Shown here: positions 1 to 13,498 of the stretch, in pieces
Layout of the letters: the number at the start of each line of letters is the position of its first letter
Numbering within the stretch: the stretch's first letter is position 1
Source: Girardia tigrina
Taxonomy: Eukaryota
Assembly: GCA_001938485.1 (NCBI GenBank)
Contig: MQRK01254813.1
Location: 1-56,875, forward strand
DNA: 56,875 nt
Direction of reading: 5' to 3'
Notes under the pieces: model-generated
The model's database searches: none
Seen by the model: only the letters and a program-made list of their open reading frames with translations
Told to the model about the DNA's origin: nothing
Position numbers and translations under genes: made by a program

Positions 1-1
1 A

Positions 2-439
2 AAACCAAACGCTGGTCAAAAGGTACATTGGGTCACCATCCAGAAAAGATTGCCAAGGTCGTCTCACCTTCGCATTTGGTTTCGTCTTCTTATTCAATTG
101 TTGACCCCTCAGATAGTCGCATATGTACCCAACAACGACTCGTTACTCCCCCCCCATGACAGCGATCAGCCAGTATCCGAGGTTAAAGGAAATCGTTTCT
201 TCCGAAATGAAGAAGATGTCATCAGGTACAATCGATGGTACCGATCAGGTGCACTTCGTTCTACTCCACCTCCCCTCCAGAAAGTTGATATCGACGAAGC
301 ATTCCGACAGACTCCGCGGTACACGGATCATCCGTGGTATTCGCCACAACACTTTCCTGTGAAGATGGAGCCAAGTTGTCTGAATGATCATTTTAACACG
401 CTTCCGATTGATTTAACGGAAGACGATGATGGACAATAA
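2..439 (+). CDS. Open frame of unknown function running in from the window edge, just upstream of a probable 3' LTR (possible accessory ORF)
   Basis: Frame is open from base 2 to TAA at 437-439. No recognisable domain. Followed by T-rich sequence and a TG..CA unit. Confidence 0.3.
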   Translation, partial: KPNAGQKVHWVTIQKRLPRSSHLRIWFRLLIQLLTPQIVAYVPNNDSLLPPHDSDQPVSEVKGNRFFRNEEDVIRYNRWYRSGALRSTPPPLQKVDIDEAFRQTPRYTDHPWYSPQHFPVKMEPSCLNDHFNTLPIDLTEDDDGQ

Positions 440-596
440 CATTTTTTGTTGTTTTGTGTGTTTTATCTTATGATATTTTGATTATTCAGCTTATTCTTTC
501 TTATCTTGGTTAATGTATTCCACATATTCTTTCATATGTATCGTATTTTTGTTTATTTTATTTATGGGGACATAAATTTTATTGCCCCCCGACGAT

Positions 597-1110
597 TGTT
601 AAGTATATAAAAAATAAAGATTAAAAAATTAAATATTTTGTTTTAATTAATTGGGTCAAATAAAAAATTATTTACCCTTTTATGATAATAAATATAATTT
701 ATATATAAATAATTGAAATTAATTGTAGAAAGAACATAAATAATTAAAGGAAAAAGATTAAGTATTTATGTGAGAAAAATAAACAGAACTTAATTTTAAT
801 AAATAAAGAAAGTAAAGATGAAAGAAAAGGGTATAAAAGAGAAGAAAGTTAGGAAGATAAGTGCCCTTAATTATATATTGAAAAGTAAAGCGAAAAGTAG
901 CTAATTAATTTTAAAGAAAGAGTGATCAATTTTCAAATCAAAATTCAAAGAATCGTCTAGACGTAGTCTCACCCGACGATTTAATTTACATTTGAGCGAC
1001 TATATATAAAGCCCTCAACCAGAATTTACAAAAAAACAAAAAAGAGATTCATAATTGAAGAAAGGTGCGATCATTGATTGAATACCATATAAATTATATA
1101 TTGCTTAACA
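597..1110 (+). repeat. Probable LTR
   Basis: Perfect 7-bp terminal inverted repeat TGTTAAG...CTTAACA. TATA-like CTATATATAAAG near 1000. Confidence 0.55.
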
Positions 1111-1528
1111 TATTTTTATATATATCTAAATTGACCGGAGGTAAACGTTGCGTTTCCTCCCCTACCCAATATTTAAAATCTTGAATAAGTTTAAGTTCTT
1201 TTCAAATATAATTTTAAATTGTAATTTTTGTATAAAGTGAAAATACATATTTTTATTTAAAAGTCTCGTTTTCGTTTCTCATTTGAATAAATCATTTTAA
1301 TCACACCTATATACCAACATAAACATTAATTTTACCATTAATCTTTTCTTTCAATGAAAAGGAATTTATTTACAGTTATGTGTTAACTTATTTATTTTAC
1401 AATATAATTTATCAATAAATCGATATTTAACATCATTTTCATTGTAATTAAAATGAATCATGAGTCATGAAAATCCAATTACTATTTTTAAAAGGAAATG
1501 GAAGCATTTCATTATTGTGTGATATTAC

Positions 1529-2194
1529 TGTGAGGAATATGGGGTGTGTAATTGTTTTTTGTAGTGTTTGCATGTTTAAATGTTGTGTGTTGATTTGGGA
1601 TTGTGCCTCTCCTAATCAGATGGATGAGTAATATTTTAATTCTTATAATCTGAAACTAATTTATCTAAATTTGGATTTAATATCCAAATTTTTAATTTTT
1701 ATTATTGCAACTTTAAATAATTTTATTGATTTTATTTTTTAATAACCAAAGTCATCCATGAAAAGTATATTTCAAGACAATATATTTCGACGGATCTACC
1801 GTCATCTTCACGTCACTAATTAATAATCAATTCACCTGTATATAAATACAAAAATGATGATTATGTAATCGATTGCATGAAATCATGCTAATCAAAAATT
1901 CTCAATAAGCTGTTTGAGACTGCCATTTGAACATTGATTTTAGGGAAACGTGACCTAATTAACAATGCTTCACATGACACTCTCTCCCAATAACTGTCAT
2001 ATGTTTACACAGAATTTTGAAATTATCAATTATTATTTTTGTAAATTTAAAATAATGTTCTCAAGTATAGTTCAGATTATAATGAGAGATATTAAAAATT
2101 TGGATTATAGTGAAAGCAATACTATTGATCATCATAAAGATGATAAGAAATGTGAATGTCATAAATGTTCTGACAAATGTGAGTTCTCTTAAAA
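1529..2194 (+). mobile_element. Solo LTR of the 'TGTGAG' Gypsy LTR family
   Basis: ATTAC TSD at 1524-1528 and 2195-2199. Both ends match the reverse complement of the solo LTR at 23295-23756; the terminal AACA has mutated to AAAA. Confidence 0.8.
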
Positions 2195-3874
2195 ATTACT
2201 ATTAAATGGAAATAAATTTATCGATTTTTAACAATCAAATGTGGAATATTACATGATTTTATTGATTTTTGAAAATAATGTTTTATTTTATTTAGTTAAG
2301 TAACAACATAGTCGAATTTCATAATAGTTTATTTTAAATTACACAATAATAATTGAATATTATAACAACATTCAATTATCCGACTTACAATTTTTAATTT
2401 GAAACTCTTGTGTATTATTTCAACAATTCAATGTTGCGCGATTTCAAGATCTTGGATATTTCAAAGCCACTTCGTTAGGAGTTCGGAATTTCACAATTTT
2501 GTTGAGGTTAAAAGTGAGAAAAATTTTAAAAATTAAATTTTTTAATTAACAGATATAATCATAAATTATTTTTCTATTTACCATTGTCCAAGATGTAAGC
2601 AAGGTAGAGATGATCGACGAGAAGCAAGTCAAACTGATGACACAACAATTGATTCTGCTGCTACATGAAAGTAGAGAAGCGAATAAAGTTTTTTGCAATT
2701 TGAATTAGAGGAAAATAAAAAAAAATTATTTGTATATAAAGGAGATATCAAGTTATTGCATAAAAAGCTAATTCGAAAAATCTAAATAGTCAAGAATAGT
2801 GGTATTTCTACCAGAAAGTTTCCTGAACATGAGAGAGCAGCACATTTAGCTCGTATTAAAGAAATTAAAGATTAATATAAACAATTACGTCGTGATCTTG
2901 AAAAAAGAAATTGGAAATTTAGAAGTAAGAGATTCAAGAGAAGTGTCACATCTAAGCAAATGTTGAAAAATTCGGGTAAATAGAAATAGAGTGGTTGTTC
3001 GCCTACATCGGACTAAAGGTGGGACAATGCTCAAGATGTAAATTAAAAAGAAAATTTAGAATTGGAATTTTCGATTTGTCGTGCTCCCTCTTTTTTCAAC
3101 ATTTTGTAAGCTCAGAGCCCCCATCCGTTTTTTAGAGTTCAATGGCAACTCGTGTGTGCTTTGTGCTCTTTTCGATGATCACTCATGGTTGGAGGGAACA
3201 GACGCGCCTCCTTCGTGCACATCAACGAATTGTGTGTGCGTCGGAGCGCCTTCGGGTTCTCTACCAGTATCGAGTATGGTCCGACTGGCAGCTCAGCTTC
3301 TGGAGGGGTTGATGTTACTAAAGCCTGCATTTTAAATTACACTGATGAATTATTAAAGTAAGACAAAGAGAGCTCCAAGGAGATAAACGACGGTCCGTCC
3401 GCGTGCCCCTTGCATTCTGCGGCCGGCCTGCGTCATCTCCAAAAGGTTCTTCGTTTCGATTACAATCGAATTATACTTTATATTTATTTCGTGCTTGTAC
3501 TTAATTACGTTAATACGAGATTCTGTTAGATTCGGTTGTAATATATTATTTTATTTACTAGAATGTTTTGGCAATTCTTTATTTTAACTCGTCTACTTTA
3601 ACTCATTCAATTTTAATCTTTTTAATAAAGAAGTCCCTTTGAGCGTGGTCCAAGTGGGTGATGGCCAAAACGTTTAATCATGGTGATTGTTCCAACTGGT
3701 TTAAACTCAATAGTGGTTAAGACAAGTCGGAACTCCTCATTGACCGTATTAGCCGTAGACAGAATTTTTATTCCTTTCAACATGATATTGTTGATATTGC
3801 GGCTGATTATTAGAAGCAAAAGTGGTGGCGACAGTACACCCTTCGGGATGCAATCAAATAGAGTTGGTGTCAAG

Positions 3875-4802
3875 CCGCGATGTTTCAATGATCTGGTCTT
3901 AAATCTCGATGAAGATAAATCAAATGTTTCATCGAATTTTCAAGCGATGTTTAATGAGTTAACAGTTTTCCTCCAACAAATCAACATCAAAATTGACGAG
4001 TTCATCCCGCTCAACACAGTTCAAATTATCTTTTCCAAATCAGTGACAAATAATTTCGAAATCCAAAATAATTTATGTAACACAATCGGTTACGGTTGTT
4101 ACTTAAACGCATCTGGATTGAACCATTCGTGCTGGCCGAATTCCGTGTACACTTTTCAAAACAACCGACTTGTATTAAAAGCCCTTAAACGAATCAAACT
4201 CGGAGATCAATTGTTCACAAAATTACACTGACCCACTGCAGCTTCGCGCGGAGCGCCGCTCACGATTGCTCGAGCAGGATTTGTTTGAGTGCCGATGTGA
4301 AGCGTGTAGCGACGATCAACTGGAGCGAGAGATGTCTCAGCTCTTTTGCAGTCAGCCAAGTGGTTGTCAGGGAACTGTTCAGTTGATCGGAGACCCGTCG
4401 CAAGATTACCAGTGTGATAAATGTGGACACATTGAGACAAAATCAGAGATGAATTTTCGACACTCGATTTTTAAAGCCAAATTGTTCCACATCAACAATC
4501 TTATGTTCAATAGCAATTATGAAAAATCGTATGGGCTTTCTAGGAGAGGGCTGGACGAGTTTAATTTGAAGAACCAGAAAGAGAATTCCGAAGGACTTTA
4601 TCAGTTAAGCTTCGGAGAGCACGTTTTTGAATCCGTTATATTTTTTCGGTGATTATCAGGCGGTATTGGAAATATGTCAGTTGAAGTCCGGGTCTCGGTC
4701 GTGGATTCACGAGAGACTCGTCCGATTTCTGGCACTGAAAACCATCCTATCGCCAGGTGTCATCTCGAGAAATACAAGAAGTTGATCGAGTATTTGAGCT
4801 GA
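3875..4802 (+). pseudogene. Intronless, frameshifted fragment of a SMYD-family SET lysine methyltransferase
   Basis: IGYGCYLNASGLNHSCWPN...GDQLF, a 1-nt shift near 4219, then NYTDPL..ERR..L..FECRCEAC (post-SET), a second Cys cluster and a TPR-like tail (GTENHP). No N-terminal SET half or MYND. Confidence 0.8.
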
Positions 4803-5019
4803 TCTATCAACGATTTTATTTATATAATAGCTCCCAAAATACCACACCAAAACTGCGACCAATAGTACGGTTTCTCTATCGTTTGAGGAAGCTGACCAGT
4901 TCTTCGGAATCGGTTGTATAGCCCTGAGCACGGTTGAATCCAAGTATTGGTATTGGCGATTTGCAAATTTTCATTGATTATCGATGTTGGTGGTTCGAAA
5001 TCCAAAGTCTGCAGTGTAT

Positions 5020-5607
5020 ATGTAGGTTACCTACTTGTCCCGTCTTGCAACACGGACCAAGGAATTTTATATGATTGCGAGTCAAAGGGCTTTACGAAAC
5101 CCCACGGCGAAATTAATGTAAAGGTTCATTTCAGTGAGCTGTGATGTGACCTTGTCCGGTTTTCCCGGACGAGTGCAACATCAACACCATCTGAAGGTGT
5201 TCGTATCTGGGCGGATTTTGAGCGATCGTGTAAAGACCCGAAAGATGGTGAACTATGCTTGTGCAGGTTGAAGTCAGAGGAAACTCTGATGGAGGACCGC
5301 CGTGGATCTGACGTGCAAATCAATCGTCGTACATGAGTATAGGGGCGAAAGACTAATCGAACCACCTAGTAGCTGGTTCCTTCCGAAGTTTCCCTCAGGA
5401 TAGCTGACGTTTATGATTCCGTAGTTGAACCTGGTAAAGCGAATGATAAGAAGTATTGGGAGCGAAATGCTTTCAATTTATTCTCAAACTTTAAATGGGT
5501 TCGAAGTGCTCCTCTCTGTAATATTTTTGTTGGAGGTGTACATCGAATACAAATGCCTAGTGGGCCATTTTTTGTAAGCAGAACTGGCTATATGGGATGA
5601 ACCAAAC
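5020..5607 (+). rRNA. Isolated, mutated 28S (LSU) rRNA fragment, about the D3-D5 region; not a functional rDNA unit
   Basis: Conserved LSU blocks: CCCGTCTTG(C)AACACGGACCAAGG, ACCCGAAAGATGGTGAACTATGC, GGGGCGAAAGACTAATCGAACC, CGAAGTTTCCCTCAGGATAGC, GTAAGCAGAACTGGC. Confidence 0.9.
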
Positions 5608-7024
5608 ATTTTGTCTTTCGGAAGGACTATATGAGAGTAACATAAAAGACCACCTGACAAATAACCAAATCAGGACATGAACTGGACCGACAAAATTAAA
5701 CAAAAGGGGAATTTCAGTAAGTCTGTTCAAAGCTCATTTAATCATAAACTCATCTCGGCAGTAACATATACATCATTACTTAAAGTCAAATTTATTGCAA
5801 AACTGATTAACCAAACTTGTTGAGAATTCTTTCCTTGTACGCGATTTACGAATTATCAACAGCAAAATTTATTACTGTTTATTTAAAATTAAAATAGAAA
5901 TTAATTCAAGAATGAAAATGAAACAAAAATAAAATGGAATTTTTAACCCAAACAATAATAGATTATACAAATTTATTAGATAAGGTTACTAAATTTATTA
6001 TCAAATTTATTTAAATGAAACCAGATAATAGTCAATAATTAATAATCAACAAAATAATTAATGATAATTAATAATGATTAATTAACAATAAACTCTCCAA
6101 CAAACGCAATTCCATTAAGAATTATAAAATAAAAGAAACCAGAATAATTAATTCAAACTTTCCGACGAAATAAATTCAAGAATAAAAAAATAATTAAGAT
6201 TGATACATTTTCCAATCACCTTATTACCTCACTCATCTCATGGTAACTAATTCGCTTAACCACTTAACTCCTCTATGTACATATTTACATACTATTTCGA
6301 ACTCTACACCGCACACTCTTCCACGACTCCTACTTTATTACGCCTTGACTCTACATTCATTCTCAATACTAACTTCACCCACTCCTCTAACTCCACACAT
6401 TACCTACTTCTCGTGTACCTTTTCATCACCTCATAATAGTTATAGCGACATCGGATCGCCCATATAACTCTATTTGACATATTATCGAGCACAGATATGA
6501 ATATTAATGGCGACAGTAAAACAAAATAATAATAAACAAGGAAGATTAAATAAAGAAACATTTATTGAATTAACGTAAATAAATCATTATAACCAATAAT
6601 TATCAATGTAATAAAATAATAAAGAAAAACAAATAAAATCAACGATAAAACAAAGATAGGGGTTACCTATGAAATATATTCCCAATTTCTCCAAATTAAT
6701 CGACCAAATAATAATAGCAGGTTCTCCAAAATTGATAGACCAAATAATAATAATAAGCGGAAATAATCATCGCAATGCAGTCAAAATTATAATTGATAAA
6801 ATACGGCAAAAATGTAATTAATGAAATACGTCAAAATTTTGGTTCAACATTTGGTGTGTGTGCGTGCAGTGTGCGAAGTAGCGTATCGGGTATTTATATT
6901 GTGCCGGATATGTGCACTACCCGACACACCCGGGTATCTTGTTTATATTTTGATGCCTGTCTGCCTCTTGATTGATTCGCGAATATCGCTCTGGTAAGGC
7001 ATTGCGAGATTGCAATCGCATTAA

Positions 7025-7266
7025 CCCTAATGGGGCCGAAACTATTTCCTTTAGAAAAAAATGAATTTTTAATATTAATTCTGGTTTATTATATTTAAAT
7101 AACTTGTTTTACATTAAAAAATATTTTTTGTTTCATACGGTCTTTTTGTAATAGTGTGTCCTTTTAAAAGGATGGTTGCAACATAAGTTACACTTGGGAA
7201 CTGTCAAATTGATGTAAAAAAATATTTGAGCAGTGTTCTTTTAAAAGGACGGTGGCCCCATTCGGG
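7025..7266. mobile_element. piggyBac-type MITE
   Basis: TTAA on both sides (7021-7024, 7267-7270). TIR CCCTAATGGGGCC / GGCCCCATTCGGG, 12 of 13 matching. Confidence 0.8.
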
Positions 7267-7717
7267 TTAATGATTCAATTATTTAGATTGTCGGTGACTG
7301 TGGACCTACCGGATACCGGTTAGTTGTCGACCTGCAATTCTGCCTCTCGGTAAGTCGTTCGTCAAAAATGAAATATCGGCAGATATTTATTCACAAGGTT
7401 TGTTGTCGCTCGTTTATCATTTCAGACTTGACTTAACTCTTGTTTATCTTTAGATTGCTACCTGCGTGCCACTCCGACAAGTCCACCCGTTTTGATGTCA
7501 ATTTACCAGATGACATGTGTTTATCTCTGTGGGTGCGTTCCGAAAATCGTGCGGCTGCATGATTCAGGTTGATTCATTACGGGTAACATTTTAATTAACT
7601 TAATTAAGATTTCTTAATTGCTATTTTGGTTTTAGACGAATTCAAAAGGTTTTCTAAAGGTATCCAGCACGTTCTCCGAGCAATCCCGGGTTCATAAATA
7701 ATCTCAAGGCTGGCTCT

Positions 7718-7852
7718 CAGACCCCTCCGTACCTCGCCACTCCATTGACGCACAGAGTACTTAAACGTAACGGGAATAGTCGAGTTTGACTATTCCCAAA
7801 CTTCACAATAACTCTGTGCTCATGGTGTGGTGTAGGGATGGAAAGGGGTCTG
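7718..7852. repeat. Long imperfect fold-back hairpin, possibly a non-autonomous palindromic element
   Basis: Nested stems CAGACCCCT/AGGGGTCTG, GCACAGAGT/ACTCTGTGC and GGGAATAGTC/GACTATTCCC. Confidence 0.6.
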
Positions 7853-8379
7853 GTGTGATGGGAAAATACACTGTCGATCATAACAGATTCCAATTTGAAT
7901 TAATTATATATGCGCATATTTACATTAAAAAAGTAATTACTGTTAAAAATTAAAAAGAAAGAAAAGCTCTTTCAAATTTAAAAGAAATTTATATTGAGAA
8001 AATTTTGGTATTTAACTTCTTTTGAATTGTTTTCTAGTTAAATTATTATAATCTAAAATTGGAGTCTACGAATAAAAATGATATCGATCGAAATAGTCTT
8101 AATTATATCTGATAAATTATTAACGATAAATTAGAAGAACAACAGCTATTTGAGCGCAATATTCAATCTAATATGTATAAACTTTTAGGAAAATATTATT
8201 TAATTTTTGATTGTCATTCTCACCAATTCCTGTCAAAAACAATTAAATATCTGGCAGAAAAACCCGAAAAATTAACGCAAAGTAAACTCTGTTATTTCGA
8301 AACCATCCAGGAGATCTGTAATATTTGTAGTACTAGATTACACTACTAGATAATTGGTCGATTAAATGGAATTGGAAAA

Positions 8380-10858
8380 GTGAGGCTCCGAGTTATCTTC
8401 CGAATCGTCAGTCCGTTTTTAAGGACAACAAATTAAAAGATGTTGCAACGTTGAAAATTTTAGACGGTTGGGTAGAATAGGGTTATCTAATCGAGTACAA
8501 TGAGGAAGAAATGGGTAAATCGATAGGATCCATACTGATATTTGGAATATTACAGGCTAATAAGTCCAAGATAAGACCCATTTTTGATTTTAGAAAATTA
8601 AACATTTACGTGGACGTTTATAGTGGTTCTGCGGACACAAGTTTTGAAAAGCTCCGCGATTGGCGACGTAGGGGTTCGACTTTTTCAATGCTTGATTCGT
8701 CAGAGGCGTACATGCAGATTCATGTTCATAAGGAGATGTGGCGTTACCAATCTTGTATCATTAATAACAAAAAATATGCTTTAACTAGGATGGGTTTTGG
8801 TTTAAACATTGCACCAACTATAATGAACGAAATTGTCAGGTGGATTCTGAACTCTGACACCAGGATGCGTGAAAATACTGACTCTTATATTGATGATATT
8901 TATGTATATGAAAGTTTCATTTCTGTTAAAGAAGTAGAAAAAGTATTCAATAACATCGGTCTCAAATGTAAGAAACCGGAAAATCTGTCACATGCCAACG
9001 AAGTTCGAGTTTTAGGAATGAAAGTCTTTAAGGACCAACATGTAGTGAGATGGAAGAGGGACAATCAGGTACAGGATGAGCTGGATGTGGAATCAATTTC
9101 ACGTCGTGAGTTATATTCGTTATGTGGACAATTAGTATGAATACATCCGGCAGCTAATTGGCTACGCCCGTCATGTTCATATCTTCAACGAAGGTGGGAT
9201 GAAAAGATAGACGAAGAATTATTCGAGAAGATTAAATGGGTTTTAAAGTCAGTGAGGGAGACTGATCCTTGCAGAAATTTATGGGCTATTGATGACTGCA
9301 GGGAAGGTATTATATGGTGCGACGCAAGTTCAATAGCCATTGCTGCGGCGTTAGCAGTCAAAGGGAACATAGTCGAGGACGCATCATGGTTGAGAGAAAC
9401 TGATGATTCTAGACATATTAATGTAGCAGAACTAAAAGCAGTTATAAAGGGTTTAAACTTATGTGTGAAATGGGGTTTAAGAAGCGTGATAGTAAAATCG
9501 GATAATAAGTCAGTAGTTTTGTGGGTAACCACAACAATCTCAGATCGCGAAAAATTAAATACCAAAGCTTCATCTGAGCTTTTAATAAAACGAAGACTGT
9601 CGATGATCAAGGAGCTGTGTCAGGAGTATGGGATCGAGTTGAAGATCGAGTTTTTTAATAGCGAAGATAACAAGGCAGATGAGTTGACAAGAATCCCAAA
9701 ACAATTAAAAAGAAGCAATTGTTTTTTATCGGTTACGGATGATCTACTTAAGCTACAGCAACTTCATGATAAGTGTCATTTAGGTGCAAACAGAATGCGA
9801 TATCTATGTGCGAAGCAAGAAATAGGTGTGTCAAACGCGGATATCAAAGATGTCAAGAATGTCAATCCATCGATTCGGCACCCGTAAAATGGAAAACCGG
9901 TAGGCTGAGCGTCAACGAAAACTGGACAAGACTTGCTGCGGATGTTACAAAGTACAATCAACAAAAATTTTTAAGTGTAATCGATTGTGGTCCTTCTCGC
10001 TTTGCGATATGGAAATTAATTAAGTCTGAAGACATCAAGTCAATTGTCTCAGAATTCTCAAGTTTGTTCTGTGAACGCGGGACTCCCAAGGAACTAATTA
10101 TCGATAATTATACCACATTTCATTCGGTAGAATTCAGCAAACTAATGGAAAAGTGGAACGTTCGAGTCATGTATCGTGCCATCAGTCGACCCAACTGCAT
10201 CGGAATAATAGAAAGGAATCATAGAACAATCAAAAGAATTGCATTCAGATCAAATATCAGCATTTTGGAAGCCTTATGGTGGTATAATAACACACCATCT
10301 GAAGGAAAAGAAACACCAAGCTCGGCGCTATATAGCTATTTGCCAATAGGGTTAGATATAATTGGAAAAAGTGAAAAGGAGCCGTTCTGTGGAAATCCAG
10401 ATTATGTTGAGAATTAATTAGTGTGGGTAAAACCGGAAAGCAGTACACCATGTACACAGCAATGGGCCAAGGGTCTTGTCGTGAAAAGAATAGATCAAAG
10501 GAAATATTTAGTAAATTGCAACGGATTTTGTGGTACAAGACATATCGCAGACATTCGACCTAGACAGCCTGACTTGGTTGAAAATTCCAAGTCATACTAG
10601 TATGAATATGGAGGAAACTGCATCACTACCAGACAATCAAACACAAGAGGAACAATCATTGAACAGTAGGCCTAGTAGAGAAAGACGAAGACCGCCTTAT
10701 CTAAATGATTACATTGTGGATTCAGATTCTTCTGTGGACGAATCTGGTGGGAGTGTTGGATATTAGATATTTTAATTATTTGAAATATTTAATTTATTAA
10801 CAACATCACAATTTGGATGCAAACATTTATTTACAACACAAACAGATTCTTCACAACA
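8380..10858 (+). mobile_element. 5'-truncated Ty3/Gypsy-type LTR retrotransposon (RT-RNase H-integrase, PPT, 3' LTR)
   Basis: RT 8511-9140 (RPIFDFRKLN, MGFGLNIAP, YIDD). RNase H 9252-9700 (WCDASS, HINVAEL, NKADELTR). Integrase 9773-10417 (SVIDCGPSRF, DNYTTF, IERNHRTIK). Stops and frameshifts throughout. Confidence 0.9.
10754..10858 (+). repeat. Short (105 bp) 3' LTR
   Basis: Follows purine-rich GGTGGGAG. Termini TGTTG...CAACA. Confidence 0.65.
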
Positions 10859-11169
10859 ATTTTCATTGGTCATCTTTCTTTGATTAATATAGTTTTTGAT
10901 TAAATATTTAAATATGAAAAAATTAATGAATGGGGAAATTTTAATATTACATTTTAATTTCTCATAATTTTTATTGGATAAAAAGATATTATGTAATTTT
11001 TAAAATAAACATTAATTTTTAAAATATATTAAATTTAATAAGTTAAAATCGTTTACTGAAAACATTATTAAAATTCATAATTATCAAACTTTAATTAATT
11101 AGTACTTTAATTTAATATCATTAAATTAATTTCATTAGATTCAAATAATTAATCAAATAACATATCAAT

Positions 11170-11497
11170 CCCATCTGAGTAGGAGAGTCACAAATCTAAA
11201 CAGCATACAAACAACAAACTTACAACATTCACAATTATCCCTCACAATTTACTTTTTTGATAAATATTTTGTTTAAATATTATCAATTAAACAGCATTTT
11301 GAAAATAAACTTTTCGCGTGTTACAATATCTTAGGTTGTAATTTAAAATTCATGAATATTAATTTAAAATGCAAACTATGCTCGAATAACTATTCATCGC
11401 GAACAACCAATTTTCCATCTGGGCGAGAGAAACACATTTCCAAATGTTAAACTAAACATATAAAATTCAGCATATCAAATTTAAAATATTCCTCACA
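11170..11497 (-). repeat. Two diverged 5' heads of the 'TGTGAG' LTR family (starting at 11246 and 11497)
   Basis: Each reads on the minus strand as TGTGAGG, a GT-rich tract, then TCTC..CAGATGG. Confidence 0.65.
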
Positions 11498-13267
11498 GAT
11501 ATATTTCTCTATTATTCTGATATAAGTCTTCCAAACTTTCACTATAAATTCGTAAAATGTTTTCCGTTGTTGTGGAAAGTTAAAAATATATTCTAATAAA
11601 AATGTTAACTGTTCTTCATTTAAATATTGGTGAAGGCCCCTGAACCTTCTAGCTCAATTCGATGATATGCTCAATCTCAATGAAATTATTTAAAAATTAA
11701 CAAATTATTTTATTATAAAAATAAATACTTGTATGGATAGTCACAGGCGTATTACGGAGTTTTTACATTAAAAATTGTTAAAATAAAAAAGAGCGCCATG
11801 ATCTTGTCTTCTGTTTTCTTTCTTTTAACAGATCATTTGTCTATCTTTTATTCCGTCTTCTTCTGATGTCGCAAGCAATGTCATATTCTGTTTATAAGGG
11901 TCATTCAAAAACAAATTCTTGTAGCTCGTTCTAACTAATTTCGTATTCGGTGTCTTTAAAAACTTAATTTAAATTTAATTGATTACTTATTTAGATGTAC
12001 AATTTTTGAAACAATGTCTATACGGCTCCTGTACACATCCATCTAGCCCTACCGTTAACATTTTGACTTGAAACCTCCAAAAAAGAATCTTTTCAACTGG
12101 AATATATTTTTAACGTTTTTTTTCGAGAAATAATTCATAATTTTTGAATAATTTAGACATATATTTAAATTAATAATTAAATTATAAATTATCCAGGTAA
12201 AATGAGTCAACATTTAAGTACAAAATAAGTACAATTTTGAGTAATTGTAGACAAATTATTCATCGTCCAAAGAGTGATTGTTCATCGCATCAAGGTTCAA
12301 GCATCTTATCATCCACATGTTGGCGAGTCTGGACGGGTCCTATCTGATAATGTCAAATTGTTTATTATTAATTATAAATATTATTATATTATTTCTTTCT
12401 CGAAGTTATTTACAATAAAAAATTCGTTGTTTCCCTCGTGAGAACAAGTCCTTTTAGATTTATCAATTCCGATAAATATTTTTCTTCTAATTAAATTATT
12501 TGTGTTGCGTAATTGAGCCGTAGACAAAACAATTATTACGCAAGAGAAAGGAAATGTTCTTTTACTTCTTTAACGGGATGAACGATAAATAGTCACAGAA
12601 ACAATAACCAAATAATCGTTGGGGGTATAAACCATTCACCTTTGAATAAATTGAAGGCAAAAACCTTAAAAGTGATCAGTGCTTCCTTTTCTAACAAAAA
12701 TGTACATATGGGGTTTATATTGGGTTAGAAGAAACTGATAAACTTTCATTTAGAAATATATTGCAAAATAGATTGAATGAAAACATAATGTCGAAATTTG
12801 TTTAAGTTTTTTAATCTTTCAGCCTCAAAGTTCGATGTCTCATCTATTGGAAGTTGTGTGAACAAACTCTTCACATTCAAAAATAACATCCGTTCCGTTT
12901 CACGCTTGACGGACTGATTTAAAAAAGTCTATTTTTTAAGCTATCCTCAACTTTTAACGGATTTTAAATTAATAGCTAAAAAAGTTATTTTAAAGTTACG
13001 AAACAAAAATAAAATAAATGGTTAAAGAATGAATAATATAAAATAAAAAGGAAAGCTATGCTGATCATCTACTAATTTTATCCACATTTCAAGCAACATT
13101 TATATATAAATAGATATAAACTAAAAATTGAACATAAAGTGATAGTATTCATGTTACACATAAAGAAACTAATAACGAAACAGATCCAGATATGACTGAA
13201 TAAATGGAGGAGCTTGGATATGTATGGTGAATTACATGGTATTACCGATATTTTGTCGAGGGGCTGG

Positions 13268-13498
13268 TGTAACACATTTACATAGTTACAAATGTCATAT
13301 CAACATGCGAAAATAGACTGACTTACAACAAACTTATTTACAAGGACTTCAAGAAGCAAGGAAGAATAAATACAAAGATTATTTACAACAAGATTATTTA
13401 CAAGAACTTCAAGAAGCAAGGAAGAATAAGTACAAAGAGAATGTATTCCAAAGGAGTAAAGAAGGGAATAAATCACACAGACACCAATTGCTATAACA
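13268..13498 (+). repeat. Possible LTR containing a 60-bp tandem duplication
   Basis: GAGGGGCTGG followed by TGTAAC...TAACA. Duplicated unit at about 13324-13378 and 13384-13438. Confidence 0.45.

Larger units (their letters stand above)
3105..5608 (+). mobile_element. Putative long LTR-like block containing captured host RNA fragments
   Basis: GC-richer than flanks. Begins TGT and ends AACA. Followed by TTTTGTCTTTCG, resembling a decayed TTTGGTCCTTCG PBS. Contains SMYD and 28S pieces. No clean TSD, so boundaries are tentative. Confidence 0.4.

Noticed and set aside
5020-5607. Functional rDNA locus or R2-type insertion site
   Set aside because: Short internal fragment with substitutions in conserved positions and no 18S, 5.8S or remaining 28S.
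6507-6520. TGGCGAC PBS-like string
   Set aside because: No convincing upstream LTR end or downstream gag.
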